Positions 42,761 through 52,289 of a stretch of 64,000 nt of DNA are shown here, piece after piece (within the stretch, counting starts at the first letter, position 1; each line of letters opens with the position of its first letter). The stretch spans positions 704,001 through 768,000 of the forward strand of contig CAWAHW010000002.1 in NCBI GenBank assembly GCA_963781885.1, read 5' to 3'. Both the position numbers and the translations under genes were made by a program. The notes under the pieces are model-generated. The model ran no database searches, was not told where the DNA came from, and worked only from the letters and a program-made list of their open reading frames with translations. The DNA comes from an uncultured Spirochaetota bacterium (GTDB taxonomy: Bacteria > Spirochaetota > Spirochaetia > SZUA-6 > Fen-1364).

Positions 42761-43474
42761 CTACAGCCCCATCAGGTGATGGGAGAGGGCGAAGCCTTCA
42801 CCGGCCACGAACAGCACGATCAGGATGAGCGCGGGCAGGAAGTTCGCGAGCTTGAGCTTCGCGAGTCCCAGGAGATTGATACCGATCATGATGACCAGCG
42901 CGCCGCCCACGCCCGTCAATTCCTTTAGCAAGAGGTCGGTCACAAGCGGCGCCAGCCACACCGAAAGCAGCGTGAGCAGGCCCTGGTAGACCAGGACGGA
43001 GAGCGCGGCAAAGGCCACGCCGATGCCCATGGCGGCCGTGAAGACGATGGCCATGAAGCCGTCCATCACCGACTTCGTGAAGATGAGGCTGTAGTCCCCC
43101 TGGGTCCCGGCCTTGAACGATCCGACGATCGACATGGCCCCAACGCAGAATAGCATCGATGCGGTGAGGAACCCGTAGGCGAACTGGCTTCCGGTATCCT
43201 TGCGCGCAAAGGTCCGCTTCAGCACTTCCCCGAGGGCAAGGACGCCTTCCTCGATCCTCCACCACGTCCCGAGCATTCCCCCGATGATCAGCGACAGAGC
43301 GAGATAGACGATCTTCGAGCTGGAAATCGCCATCTGGACGCCAATGACGACCGACGTGATCCCTGCGCCCACGGAGACAACGGTCTTGAACGACTCCTTG
43401 ATCCGGGTGCGGAAGAGCAAACCGATCAGGGATCCGACGATGACTGCGACTGCGTTCACGACGACCGCTACCAT
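42761..43474 (-). CDS. DUF554-family membrane protein
   Basis: FLTASMLFCVGAM..GS and KSVMDG motifs with multiple TM segments. Confidence 0.88.
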   Translation of the reverse strand: MVAVVVNAVAVIVGSLIGLLFRTRIKESFKTVVSVGAGITSVVIGVQMAISSSKIVYLALSLIIGGMLGTWWRIEEGVLALGEVLKRTFARKDTGSQFAYGFLTASMLFCVGAMSIVGSFKAGTQGDYSLIFTKSVMDGFMAIVFTAAMGIGVAFAALSVLVYQGLLTLLSVWLAPLVTDLLLKELTGVGGALVIMIGINLLGLAKLKLANFLPALILIVLFVAGEGFALSHHLMGL

Positions 43475-43524
43475 GAGTGCTCAATCTATCCGTTTTTCGC
43501 ATGTCATGGGAAGCGGTGCAGGTC

Positions 43525-43570
43525 GCCACGGGCTACCGTGGCCGGACCGAATGCCACGGGATACCGTGGC
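43525..43570. repeat. Tandem pair of palindromic modules
   Basis: GCCACGG-GCTA-CCGTGGC (43525-42) and GCCACGG-GATA-CCGTGGC (43553-70). Confidence 0.88.
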
Positions 43571-43614
43571 CGGGCTTGTCTCCCACAGGCAAAATACCTA
43601 AGCTCTCCGCAGTC

Positions 43615-44067
43615 ATGAGAGCGCAGTTCCCTATCGTTGCATTAGTCCTGCTCCTGGCGAGCGCCCCTGCGGTCTGGGCCCAGGAGACGGATCCGATGAA
43701 GATCGTCGGAATGGACCTGAAGACTGCCACGGATTCCTTCGGGCTTCCGCAGAGCATGTTTTCCTTTCGGGGCAGCGCGGCGGATCGCGACGACGTCGTG
43801 TTCTACTACAGCAACCATGTCTATCTCTTCTGGTTCCACGACCGCGTCTGGCAGGTGAGATACGACATGCGCTTCAGCGGCTCTGTCTTCGGCGTCACTC
43901 TCGGCACGCCGCGGGAGCAGATCCAGGCGGACTTTTCACGGCCCCTGCTGCCGCTCGACGATTCCCTGTACTTCGACGTCGACACCGCCGGCTACCCCGT
44001 GCGCGTCCGGCTGGTCTTTGCCTACGGCTGTCTCTCCGACGTCTACGTCTACAGGAGCGATTTCTGA
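43615..44067 (+). CDS. Secreted hypothetical protein
   Basis: Signal peptide ending VWA-Q; upstream TTGTCT-17-TAAGCT. Confidence 0.78.
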   Translation: MRAQFPIVALVLLLASAPAVWAQETDPMKIVGMDLKTATDSFGLPQSMFSFRGSAADRDDVVFYYSNHVYLFWFHDRVWQVRYDMRFSGSVFGVTLGTPREQIQADFSRPLLPLDDSLYFDVDTAGYPVRVRLVFAYGCLSDVYVYRSDF

Positions 44068-45575
44068 ACAGCCGGGCATCCATCTGTCTCTGCCTTGCCG
44101 CCGAAACCCTTGAGGCCGACCTGGCGCACGCGCGCCGCTATGGGAAGCGCTTCGATCTCCTGGAGCTGCGCGTTGACAGGCTCACGCCGTCCGAGCGCGC
44201 GCATGCCGGTCGACTGCCGCATCTTGCGGACGCGCCGGTCATCCTCACGGTGCGTCGCCGCAACGACGGCGGGATGTTCGATGGTGACGAAAGGGAAAGA
44301 CTGGCGCTTCTGCAGCGTTGCGCCGGGGAAGGCTTCGCCTATGTCGATCTGGAAGACGGGCTGCAGGCTCCGGCGCTGGAGGCCCGTCTGAGAGAGACAG
44401 GCACGAAAATCATCCGGTCTTTCCACGATCTCACCGGCGTGCCCGCGGATTTCCCGCAGCGGCTGGATAGGATTTCGGAGCGACCGCATGAGATCCCCAA
44501 GGCCGCGGTGACGCCGCGCTCCTGTGCCGACCTCGCGCGTCTGCTGCGCGTCGTCATGGACCGGAGCCGGGTCCCGGGCAACGCGCCGATGTTGGTCCTT
44601 GGGATGGGCGCGGTGGGCTTCCCGACACGGGTGCTTGCGTCGAAGCTCGGCGCTCCCTGGTGCTATACGTCGCCGGAAAGCGACAAGGCGGCACCCGGAC
44701 ACATCGACCCGGCCATGCTCGAGGATGTCTACCGATTCCGCTCGATCGGACCCGACACCGCCGTCTTCGGCGTCATCGGGGACCCGGTCATGCACTCCCG
44801 GTCCCCGCTCATCCATAACAAGGGTTTCGATGCATGCGGCTTGGACGCCGTCTACCTGCCATTCGCCGTCCCGGACCTCGAGGGCTTCTGGGAGGTTGCC
44901 GATCTCCTGGCCGTGCGCGGCCTGTCGGTGACCGTTCCCCATAAGAATGCGGTGATCCCGCGCCTGTCCAGCGCCGACGAGCTTGTCCGTGCCTCGGGTG
45001 CCTGCAACACGATAACCCGCTCCGAAGCGGCGGGCGACTGGCAGGGAACAAATACCGACGTTGCCGGCTTCCTCGGGCCGCTGCGGGAAGCATTCGCGGG
45101 CACGGTGCCCCGAGGTCTTGCGGCCACGGTCGTCGGGGCCGGCGGGGCCGCGCGCGCGGTGGTCCATGCCCTTTCAGGTCTGGGGGCGCGCATTCTCGTG
45201 CTCAATCGCGGCTCCGAGAGCGCGCGCGCCGTGGCGGAGACCGTGGGAGCCTCATTCGGCGGGCTGGATGCGGCCGGATTCACGGCTGCGCGGCAGTTCA
45301 GCGACCTGGTCGTGCAGACCACCAGGGTCGGCATGGACCCGCTGGCGGACCGCGATCCTGCGCCCGAGTTGTCGTTCAGCGGAAAAGAAATCGTCTATGA
45401 GCTGATCTATGCCCCGCGTGTCACCCCCTTCCTTGGTCGCGCGATAAAGGCGGGGTGTCGGGTCATTTATGGGAGGCAGATGCTCGTCAACCAGGCCATG
45501 GAGCAATTCAGGCTTTTCACCGGGCAATACTATCCGTCGGAATGCCGGTCAGGCCTTGAGGAAGGAATAGATTGA
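44064..45575 (+). CDS. aroDE: Bifunctional type I 3-dehydroquinate dehydratase / shikimate dehydrogenase
   Basis: ICLCL...DLLELRVD...ILTVRR..DGG, IRSFH and APG (AroD), then HSRSP, VTVPHK, GACNT, NTD and GAGGAARA (AroE). The frame is open back to CTG 44064. Confidence 0.92.
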   Translation: MNSRASICLCLAAETLEADLAHARRYGKRFDLLELRVDRLTPSERAHAGRLPHLADAPVILTVRRRNDGGMFDGDERERLALLQRCAGEGFAYVDLEDGLQAPALEARLRETGTKIIRSFHDLTGVPADFPQRLDRISERPHEIPKAAVTPRSCADLARLLRVVMDRSRVPGNAPMLVLGMGAVGFPTRVLASKLGAPWCYTSPESDKAAPGHIDPAMLEDVYRFRSIGPDTAVFGVIGDPVMHSRSPLIHNKGFDACGLDAVYLPFAVPDLEGFWEVADLLAVRGLSVTVPHKNAVIPRLSSADELVRASGACNTITRSEAAGDWQGTNTDVAGFLGPLREAFAGTVPRGLAATVVGAGGAARAVVHALSGLGARILVLNRGSESARAVAETVGASFGGLDAAGFTAARQFSDLVVQTTRVGMDPLADRDPAPELSFSGKEIVYELIYAPRVTPFLGRAIKAGCRVIYGRQMLVNQAMEQFRLFTGQYYPSECRSGLEEGID

Positions 45576-45656
45576 GAATGCATTCACGATATACTCCTTG
45601 ACTCTTCTTTCATTCCACGTATAGTTATGCATCCGCTTGACAGGAGGGAGCGCTCA

Positions 45657-46734
45657 ATGCCGCACAAGAAGTTGTTCATTCCCGGCCCCACCGAGGTCCA
45701 CCCCGAAGTTCTCCAAGCCATGGCGACGCCCATGATCGGCCATAGGAGCGGCGAGTACTCGGAGCTGCAGAAACGCCTGACCGGGAAGGTGCAGAAGCTC
45801 GCCGGCACGGCGAACCCCATCTTGTTCTCCGCCTCCTCGGGGAGCGGGCTCATGGAAGGGGCCATCCGCTGCTGCACCGCGCGGCGGGCCATCGTCTTTT
45901 CCGTCGGCACATTCGGCAACCGGTGGTTCGAGATCGCCCAGGGCAATGGCGTACCGGCGGACAAGCACGAAGTGGAGTGGGGCCAGGGCCTCACGCCCGA
46001 CATGGTCGAGCAATATCTCTCCACCGGGAAGTACGACTGCGCCACCCTCACGCACAGCGAGACATCAACCGGTGTCATGAATCATCTCGAAGAAATGGCG
46101 CCGGTGTTCCGTCGTTACCCCGACGTTGTTCTGGTGCATCGACGCCGTCTCGTCGTTCGGCGGCGTGAAGATCGACGTCGACGGCCTGGGCATCGACGTG
46201 ATGGTGACCTCCAGCCAGAAGTGCCTGGGTCTCCCGCCGGGCCTGAGCCTTGCCACGTTCTCCGCCAAGGCGGAAAAGCGCGCGCAGACGGTGAAAAACC
46301 GCGGCTTCTATTTCGACCTCCTCCAGCTCCTCCAGTTCATCCGGGAAAAGAACTTCCAGTACCCGTCCACGATGAGCATCTCCCACCTCTTCGCGCTGGA
46401 TACGCAGATGGAGCGCATCGAGAAAGAGGGCGCCGAGGCGCGCTTCGCCCGTCACGATGCCATGGCGCAGCGCGTCCAGGAATGGGCCAGGAAGCACTTC
46501 GCGCTCTATCCCGTGGAGAAGTACGCGTCGAAGACCGTCACGTGCATCAAGAACACGCGCGGCATCTCCGTCGGCGACCTGAACAAGGAGCTTGCGAAGC
46601 GGAACCTCAACCTGTCGAACGGCTACGGCAAGCTCAAAGAGCAGACATTCCGCATCGCCCACATGGGCGATCTGCAGATGAGCGACATCGACGAGCTCCT
46701 GCACGCCATCGAGGAAATCCTCTCGCTGAAATAG
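45657..46734 (+). CDS. Aminotransferase class V (serine-pyruvate/alanine-glyoxylate type); apparent +1 frameshift at about 46127
   Basis: LFIPGPTE and HSETSTGV in the first frame; DAVSS, SSQKCLGLPPG and FRIAHMG in the second. Promoter TTGACT-16-TATAGT at 45598-45625. Confidence 0.92.
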
Positions 46735-46776
46735 CGCGTGAATGGGGCGCGCCGATCGGTGCGCCCTGAAATATTT

Positions 46777-46805
46777 TTGCATCGCCCCGGGCAGCCGACT
46801 ATACT
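46777..46805 (+). promoter_or_regulatory. Sigma70-type promoter, probably leaderless
   Basis: TTGCAT-17 nt-TATACT with ATG 7 nt downstream. Confidence 0.6.
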
Positions 46806-46812
46806 TGAGCCC

Positions 46813-47061
46813 ATGGGGGAGCAGAAATCCTGTCTTTTTTGCGGGAAAAACGTCGACAACGCATTCCAGTACTGTCCCCATTGCGGCTACGAGTTCGGGC
46901 AGGGCGAAGACCTTCCCGTCCTCCTGGAAGAGGTTGCCGGCGAGCCTCCCGTGGACGGGGAGGAGGATTACCTCCTGCGGCTGCGGACCCTTCAGGAGCT
47001 CCTGGCCGACATGGAGAAGGAGCTCGACCTCATCATCAGGACCTCTTCAAAAGGTCCTTGA
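46813..47061 (+). CDS. Small zinc-ribbon protein with an acidic coiled-coil tail
   Basis: CLFC...YCPHCG motif. Confidence 0.75.
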   Translation: MGEQKSCLFCGKNVDNAFQYCPHCGYEFGQGEDLPVLLEEVAGEPPVDGEEDYLLRLRTLQELLADMEKELDLIIRTSSKGP

Positions 47062-48274
47062 TCACGCTCCTGTCATCCAGCAGCGAGCTCAAGCTTCGAT
47101 TGTAATGCACGCGGTAGATCGTCCGCGCGAAAAGGTTCGTGATGTCCGCGCTGCGGTACCAGTCGCGTTCGAGCAGCGAGCCGTCGTGGTAGACGGCGTT
47201 CGTTCCGATGACCTCTGAGAAAAGCCCCTCGTCGTGCGCCTTCTGGAACGACCCCACCGTCTCGGGCGTCGTGAAGAAAGGCAGGCTCACGGCGCAGATG
47301 GTCCGACGCGCGCCCGCCTCCTTGAGCACGCGCATCGCCTTGATGAGCGTGCCGCCCGTCCCCAGCATGTCGTCGCAGAGGAATACGGTCCTGTCTTTCA
47401 CGGACCCCAGCAGCCGCATATCGGTGATGTTGCCCCGCTCCGCGCTCTGCGCGACGCGGGAGTAGTCCCTCTCCTTGTACAGCATGCCCAGGGGCTTTCC
47501 GAGGATGGAAGCGTAGAACTTGCTCCTCTCCACGGCGCCGGTGTCCGGCGCGACCACCATAAGGCTCTCATCCTTCAGGTCCGTGACGCTGCCGAGGGTC
47601 TTCAGGATCTGGTAGGCGCCGTGGAGATTCTCCAGGCGGAGGTGGTTGAAGCAGTTCTCGATCTCCTTGGAATGGATGTCGAGCGTGATGATGCGCGCGA
47701 CGCCGAAGTATTCCAGGATCTGACCCAGCCGGGCGGCCGACAGGCTCTCCCGTCCCTTTTTCTTGTGCTGCCGCGAGTAGGGGAACGTGGGGAGGATCAC
47801 GGTGACCTGCAGAGCGCCCGCCTGGAGCGCCGCGTCCACCGTCATCAGGAGACAGAAGATGTGGTCGTTCACCGAGTGGATCACGGGTGCATCCGCTTTC
47901 TGCAGCTGGAGGGGATAGCGGTTTGCCACGTCCTGCACGATGTAGATGTCGGTGTTGCGCACGGAGGAGAGTATTTCGGTCTTGAACTCCCCGTTGGGGA
48001 ACCTTGTGTACTTTGCCGGCACGAGCATATTGCGCGTGCGGTGCTGGTCCACCGGCTCGTCCCGCTCTCCGATGGGGGAGCTCATGTCGCTTGCCAGATT
48101 GATCTGTCGGATGACCTCTGCGCGCGGGAGGCCATAGAGGCGCGAAAGCGCACGGGCGCGCTCTTCCATCTTGTCCATGGTGATGGTCTGCAGGTGCGCG
48201 TAGACCGACTGGGCGAACACCATTCCTCCCGGGCAGGGGAGGATGCCGATCTCCGACTGGCTGGCGTCAGGCAT
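47036..48274 (-). CDS. prs: Ribose-phosphate pyrophosphokinase (long form)
   Basis: FPNGE, PYSRQHK, LDIHS, APDTGA and DDMLGTGGT motifs. Confidence 0.95.
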   Translation of the reverse strand: MPDASQSEIGILPCPGGMVFAQSVYAHLQTITMDKMEERARALSRLYGLPRAEVIRQINLASDMSSPIGERDEPVDQHRTRNMLVPAKYTRFPNGEFKTEILSSVRNTDIYIVQDVANRYPLQLQKADAPVIHSVNDHIFCLLMTVDAALQAGALQVTVILPTFPYSRQHKKKGRESLSAARLGQILEYFGVARIITLDIHSKEIENCFNHLRLENLHGAYQILKTLGSVTDLKDESLMVVAPDTGAVERSKFYASILGKPLGMLYKERDYSRVAQSAERGNITDMRLLGSVKDRTVFLCDDMLGTGGTLIKAMRVLKEAGARRTICAVSLPFFTTPETVGSFQKAHDEGLFSEVIGTNAVYHDGSLLERDWYRSADITNLFARTIYRVHYNRSLSSLLDDRSVIKDLLKRS

Positions 48275-49341
48275 GAGCGGCTATTTGTCGCGCCGGAAGC
48301 GTTAGGGGAGGCCGCGGGAGTGCCGCCAGGAGCGGAAGCAGCGGCTGCCGGAATGCCGCCAGGAGCGACTGCCGGAATGCCGCCAGGAGCGGCTGCCGGA
48401 ATGCCGCCAGCAGCGGCTGCGTTGAAATACGCAATAGTGCGGGCGAGCCCCTCGTCGAGGCTGAAGCTCGGCTTCCAGCCGAGAACCCGGGCAGCCTTTC
48501 CGTTGTCCAGGCAGCTCCTGTGGAGGTCTCCGGGCCGCGGGCCGGCCCGGGTGTAGCGCAGCTCCTTGCCCATGATCCGGCAAATGGCGGCCAGGATCTC
48601 CCGGGTGCGGACCTCTTTGCCTGCCCCGATGTTCACCGCCTCGCCTGCCGCCTTGTCCAGGGCGAGCAGATTCGCCCGCGCGACGTCCTCCACGTAGACA
48701 TAGTCGCGCGCCATGCCCTCCGGCTCTTCGGGGTAGGCGTTTATGGACGGGATTTCCCCGGCCAGGACCTTCGAAATAAAAATGGCGACGACCCCCGCTT
48801 CTCCGTGGGGATTCTGCCGCGGCCCGTAGACGTTTGCGTAGCGGAGAGTTGTCCACGACAGGTGATGTTGTATGCCGTAGAAGCGCAGGTAGTGCTCCCC
48901 AAGGAGCTTGTGGATGGCGTACGGAGAAACAGGGACAGGATTGTGGTCTTCGCTAAATCGGGCTCCCTCGGATTCCCCGTAGATGGCGCCGCCCGATGAG
49001 ACGAAAATGAACTTCTTCACGCCGGCGGTGCGGCTGCATTCCAGGACATTCAGGAGACCCAGGGCATTGACCTTTGCGTCGAAGACCGGGTCGCGCGCGG
49101 AGACGACGACGCTGATCTGGGCGGCATGATGGTTGATCACGTCCGGCTTCTCGATCTGGAAGACACGGGCGAGCTGAGGGGCGTCGATGCTCATGAGATA
49201 GAAAGGGACACCCTTGCGGAGATTGGCCTCGGAGCCGGTGCTCAGATCGTCCACGACCGCAACCTCATGTCCGGCCGCGAGATACGCGTCGACGACGTGC
49301 GATCCGATGAATCCCGCCCCGCCCGTTACCAGGATTTTCAT
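48082..49341 (-). CDS. NAD-dependent epimerase/dehydratase (UDP-glucose 4-epimerase-like); true 3' end uncertain
   Basis: VTGGAGFIGSH, SSGGAIYG, YAIHK (YxxxK), RYANVYGPRQ and RDYVYV motifs. The domain ends near 48425, then the frame runs through a repeat and into prs. Confidence 0.9.
   Translation of the reverse strand: MKILVTGGAGFIGSHVVDAYLAAGHEVAVVDDLSTGSEANLRKGVPFYLMSIDAPQLARVFQIEKPDVINHHAAQISVVVSARDPVFDAKVNALGLLNVLECSRTAGVKKFIFVSSGGAIYGESEGARFSEDHNPVPVSPYAIHKLLGEHYLRFYGIQHHLSWTTLRYANVYGPRQNPHGEAGVVAIFISKVLAGEIPSINAYPEEPEGMARDYVYVEDVARANLLALDKAAGEAVNIGAGKEVRTREILAAICRIMGKELRYTRAGPRPGDLHRSCLDNGKAARVLGWKPSFSLDEGLARTIAYFNAAAAGGIPAAAPGGIPAVAPGGIPAAAASAPGGTPAASPNASGATNSRSCLTPASRRSASSPAREEWCSPSRSTRTCRPSPWTRWKSAPVRFRASMASRAQRSSDRSIWQAT
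48317..48420. repeat. Tandem array of a 24-bp palindromic unit, about 4 copies, in the epimerase tail
   Basis: GAATGCCGCCAGGAGCGRCTGCCG at 48351, 48375 and 48399, with a degenerate copy at 48318. Confidence 0.92.
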
Positions 49342-49347
49342 GCCCCG

Positions 49348-49377
49348 ACTGTAGCATCGCCGCGTCGCAGGGGTCAA
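49348..49377 (-). promoter_or_regulatory. Sigma70-type promoter, probably leaderless
   Basis: TTGACC-18 nt (ending TGC)-TACAGT with ATG 6 nt downstream. Confidence 0.65.
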
Positions 49378-49520
49378 GGCGAGCCGTTTTTTGTCGGCCG
49401 CTCATGCCGGGCGGAAGGTATAATATGGAACGCAAGGGGAGGCAGCCGCTTTTTCTTGCAATTTTGCTCTTGTAAATGCCGATTATTGTACGTAACAGGA
49501 AAAGAAGAGGTACGGATACG

Positions 49521-51803
49521 TTGAGGAAAATACTACTCCTCCTTGGCATCTCGCTGGTCGCTGTTGCCGCATTCGGCCAGGTGAGCTTCTCCGGCCTGGA
49601 CCTGTCTTCCACGGACAGGCTTCTCTTCTCGGCGCGCACGCCGTCAACCGCATTTGGGACCTTTGACACGCTTTTTCTCGCCGACGCGAAGAGCCGTGCC
49701 ATGCGGCAGCTCACGTTCTTTCCCGAGGACGTGCAGCTTCTGCAAGATAAGGACGTCCTGCAGATCCAGAACCGCTTCGGCGTCTTCCGCTCCGGTCCGG
49801 ACTATCGCAACATTGCCCCGCTTGCCATGTTCCCCTCTTTCGTCGCCGGCGGGCAGGTCCAGGCGGGCACTGTCTCGCCGATGCAGACCTCACCCGACGG
49901 CAGGTTCCTGCTCTTCCTCCGCATGACGTCCCCCGCCTACGGGGACCTCACGCTCCTGAACGTCGCCACCGGCGAGCTCACCGTGGTCGCCCCAAAAGTC
50001 GAGCTGTCGCTGCAGGGGCTGCCGGCCGTCTGGTCGCCGGACTCCCGCTTCATCGTCTACACGAAAGCGTCCGGGCTCTATTACTATTCGGTGGAGCAGC
50101 TGCAGGACAACCGCGTGCTGTCGGAAGGCCTGCGCAAGATGGGCGACGGGACCATCGCGAACGTGCAGTGGGGAAATGGCGGCACCCTGTACTACGTCTC
50201 AGGCGTCATCGTCTATGCCATCGATCCCAATGAGCTTTTCACCCGCGCGCTCTACGCGGGATTCCTGAAGATCGGCACGGTCGTCGGCAAGATCCCCTTC
50301 GAGTTCGACCCGAACTTCGATTCCCTGTGGGTCTCGCCGGACGGGAAGAACCTGCTCCTCAACAAGGGCGGGCGGAACATCTTCCTCTACTACCTCACGC
50401 TCGACGATTTCCATGCATCGGCGACGCCGCTGACGCTGCCGTACCTTGCGCTGCCGCGCGACACCACCGTGCAGAAAGTGATCTGGTCCACCGGCAACGT
50501 GGTGACCATGCTGTGCGCGAGCCGCGCCGGCGGCGTGCAGGGCACGGCGGTGTATCGCCTCACCCAGGACGCGAAGGGGACCTACGGGGTCTTCACGCGC
50601 ATGGACGACGTCGGTGTGCTCGACATCACCCTGTCGCCGGACGGCAGCCGCGCCGCCCTCATGACCGCCGACGGCGTGTCGTGGAAGGACTACGTCACCT
50701 GGAAGGACCAGGGCAGGATGAGCCATCCCTCGCCGCTGCACGTGCTGTGGCTGAGCGACGACGAGATGCTCGTCGCCGGTGCCTACTTCATCGAGCGCTA
50801 TACGGTGACGGCGGGGACGAGCTCCCTGGTGGCGCTGTCCCAGCCGGGGGATTTCGGGCATGCGAAGACCGGGCAGGCGGTGCTGGACCGGACGCGCGAC
50901 AGGATGTTCTCCTTCGACGAGACGGCCGGCGCCTGGGTGCCCGCGATCGATTTTTCCGTCCGCGACAAGAGCGTCGCATCGGATGCCTTCCGCGTGTACC
51001 TGGAGCAGTCGGCGCGCGGCAGCTACGCGAACCTCGTGATGGTCCGCGACGCGAAGGGTTTCGGCACGACGCCGCTCTTCCCGCCCGAGACGGTCCTCTA
51101 CGAGCCGTTCCCGGTCGCGGACGATCCCATGGACTTCACGAACGTGTCGCACGGATCGCGCATCCGCCGGCGCGAGGTGAGCCTCGTCTTCAACGCGGTG
51201 GACTCCGCCGAGGGCCTCACGAGCATCCTCAACACGCTGTCGGCGTACAAGGTGCGCGCCACGTTCTTCGTGAACGGCGAGTTCATCCGCCGCTACCCGG
51301 ACGCGGTGAAGGAGATCGCCGAATCGGGTCACGAGGTGGGATCGCTCTTCTATGCCTATTTCAACATGACCGATTCGCGCTTCACCGTGGACCACGACTT
51401 CGTGAAGGCCGGTCTCGCGCGCAACGAGGACGACTACTACGCCGCCACCGGCCGCGAGCTCTCCCTGCTCTGGCACGCCCCCTACTACATCGTGAACTCG
51501 GAGATACTCTCCGCCGCGGCGGAGATGAACTACACCTACGCCGGCCGTGACCTGGATTCCTACGACTGGGTGACGTCCACGGAGAGCAACCAGGCGCGCG
51601 GCATCTACATGCGCGCGGCCGACCTCGTGGAACGCATCATCGCGCAGAAGAAGCCCGGCTCCATCATCCCCCTCCAGGTGGGGGCGGGTGAGGGGCGGCG
51701 GGAGGACTACCTGTTCCAGAAGCTCGACATCCTCATCAACGAGCTTTTCCGCCGCGGCTACACGATCGTGCCGGTCTCGACGCTGATCGAGCACGCGCGG
51801 TAA
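49521..51803 (+). CDS. Exported beta-propeller protein with a C-terminal polysaccharide-deacetylase-like (NodB) domain
   Basis: Signal peptide, repeated (W/T/V/L)SPD(G/S) blades, and ATFFVNGEFI..YP..V.EI...GHEVG. Confidence 0.82.
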   Translation: MRKILLLLGISLVAVAAFGQVSFSGLDLSSTDRLLFSARTPSTAFGTFDTLFLADAKSRAMRQLTFFPEDVQLLQDKDVLQIQNRFGVFRSGPDYRNIAPLAMFPSFVAGGQVQAGTVSPMQTSPDGRFLLFLRMTSPAYGDLTLLNVATGELTVVAPKVELSLQGLPAVWSPDSRFIVYTKASGLYYYSVEQLQDNRVLSEGLRKMGDGTIANVQWGNGGTLYYVSGVIVYAIDPNELFTRALYAGFLKIGTVVGKIPFEFDPNFDSLWVSPDGKNLLLNKGGRNIFLYYLTLDDFHASATPLTLPYLALPRDTTVQKVIWSTGNVVTMLCASRAGGVQGTAVYRLTQDAKGTYGVFTRMDDVGVLDITLSPDGSRAALMTADGVSWKDYVTWKDQGRMSHPSPLHVLWLSDDEMLVAGAYFIERYTVTAGTSSLVALSQPGDFGHAKTGQAVLDRTRDRMFSFDETAGAWVPAIDFSVRDKSVASDAFRVYLEQSARGSYANLVMVRDAKGFGTTPLFPPETVLYEPFPVADDPMDFTNVSHGSRIRRREVSLVFNAVDSAEGLTSILNTLSAYKVRATFFVNGEFIRRYPDAVKEIAESGHEVGSLFYAYFNMTDSRFTVDHDFVKAGLARNEDDYYAATGRELSLLWHAPYYIVNSEILSAAAEMNYTYAGRDLDSYDWVTSTESNQARGIYMRAADLVERIIAQKKPGSIIPLQVGAGEGRREDYLFQKLDILINELFRRGYTIVPVSTLIEHAR

Positions 51804-51831
51804 CGGCAACGGGAAGAAAGGGGAAGCTGCG

Positions 51832-52260
51832 GTGAACGCGAACGATCCAGGGAATGCCTACCGCGAGATCCAGATCAAGACGGCGAACCAGATCCGGCTC
51901 ATCGTCATGCTCTACGACGGGGCGATCAAGCACATCAACCTCGCGCTCGACATGTTCGCCGAGGGTCACAAGCGTTACGACGCGATCAATGGCCACCTCA
52001 TCGCCGCGCAGGACATCCTCTCGGAGCTGATGGCGTCACTGGACTTCGAGAAGGGGGGCGTGCTCGCCCGCAACCTCTTCAGCCTCTACTCCTTCATGAA
52101 TCGACGGCTTCTGGATGGAAACCTGAAAAAGGACCCTGCTCCGCTCGCCGAGGTGCGCAAGTTGATGGGTGAGCTGCGCGAGGCGTGGGATGAGATCTCC
52201 ACGCGCAAGGGCCTGGAGGGGAATGCGACACCCGCCAGCGGGGTGAATATCGCCGGATAG
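51832..52260 (+). CDS. fliS: Flagellar chaperone FliS
   Basis: AYRE.QI.TA...LIVMLYDGAI, ELMASLD..GG..A.NL..LY and ELREAW motifs. Confidence 0.95.
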   Translation: MNANDPGNAYREIQIKTANQIRLIVMLYDGAIKHINLALDMFAEGHKRYDAINGHLIAAQDILSELMASLDFEKGGVLARNLFSLYSFMNRRLLDGNLKKDPAPLAEVRKLMGELREAWDEISTRKGLEGNATPASGVNIAG

Positions 52261-52289
52261 CCGGGACGCGGACAAAAGGGAGGGGCCCC

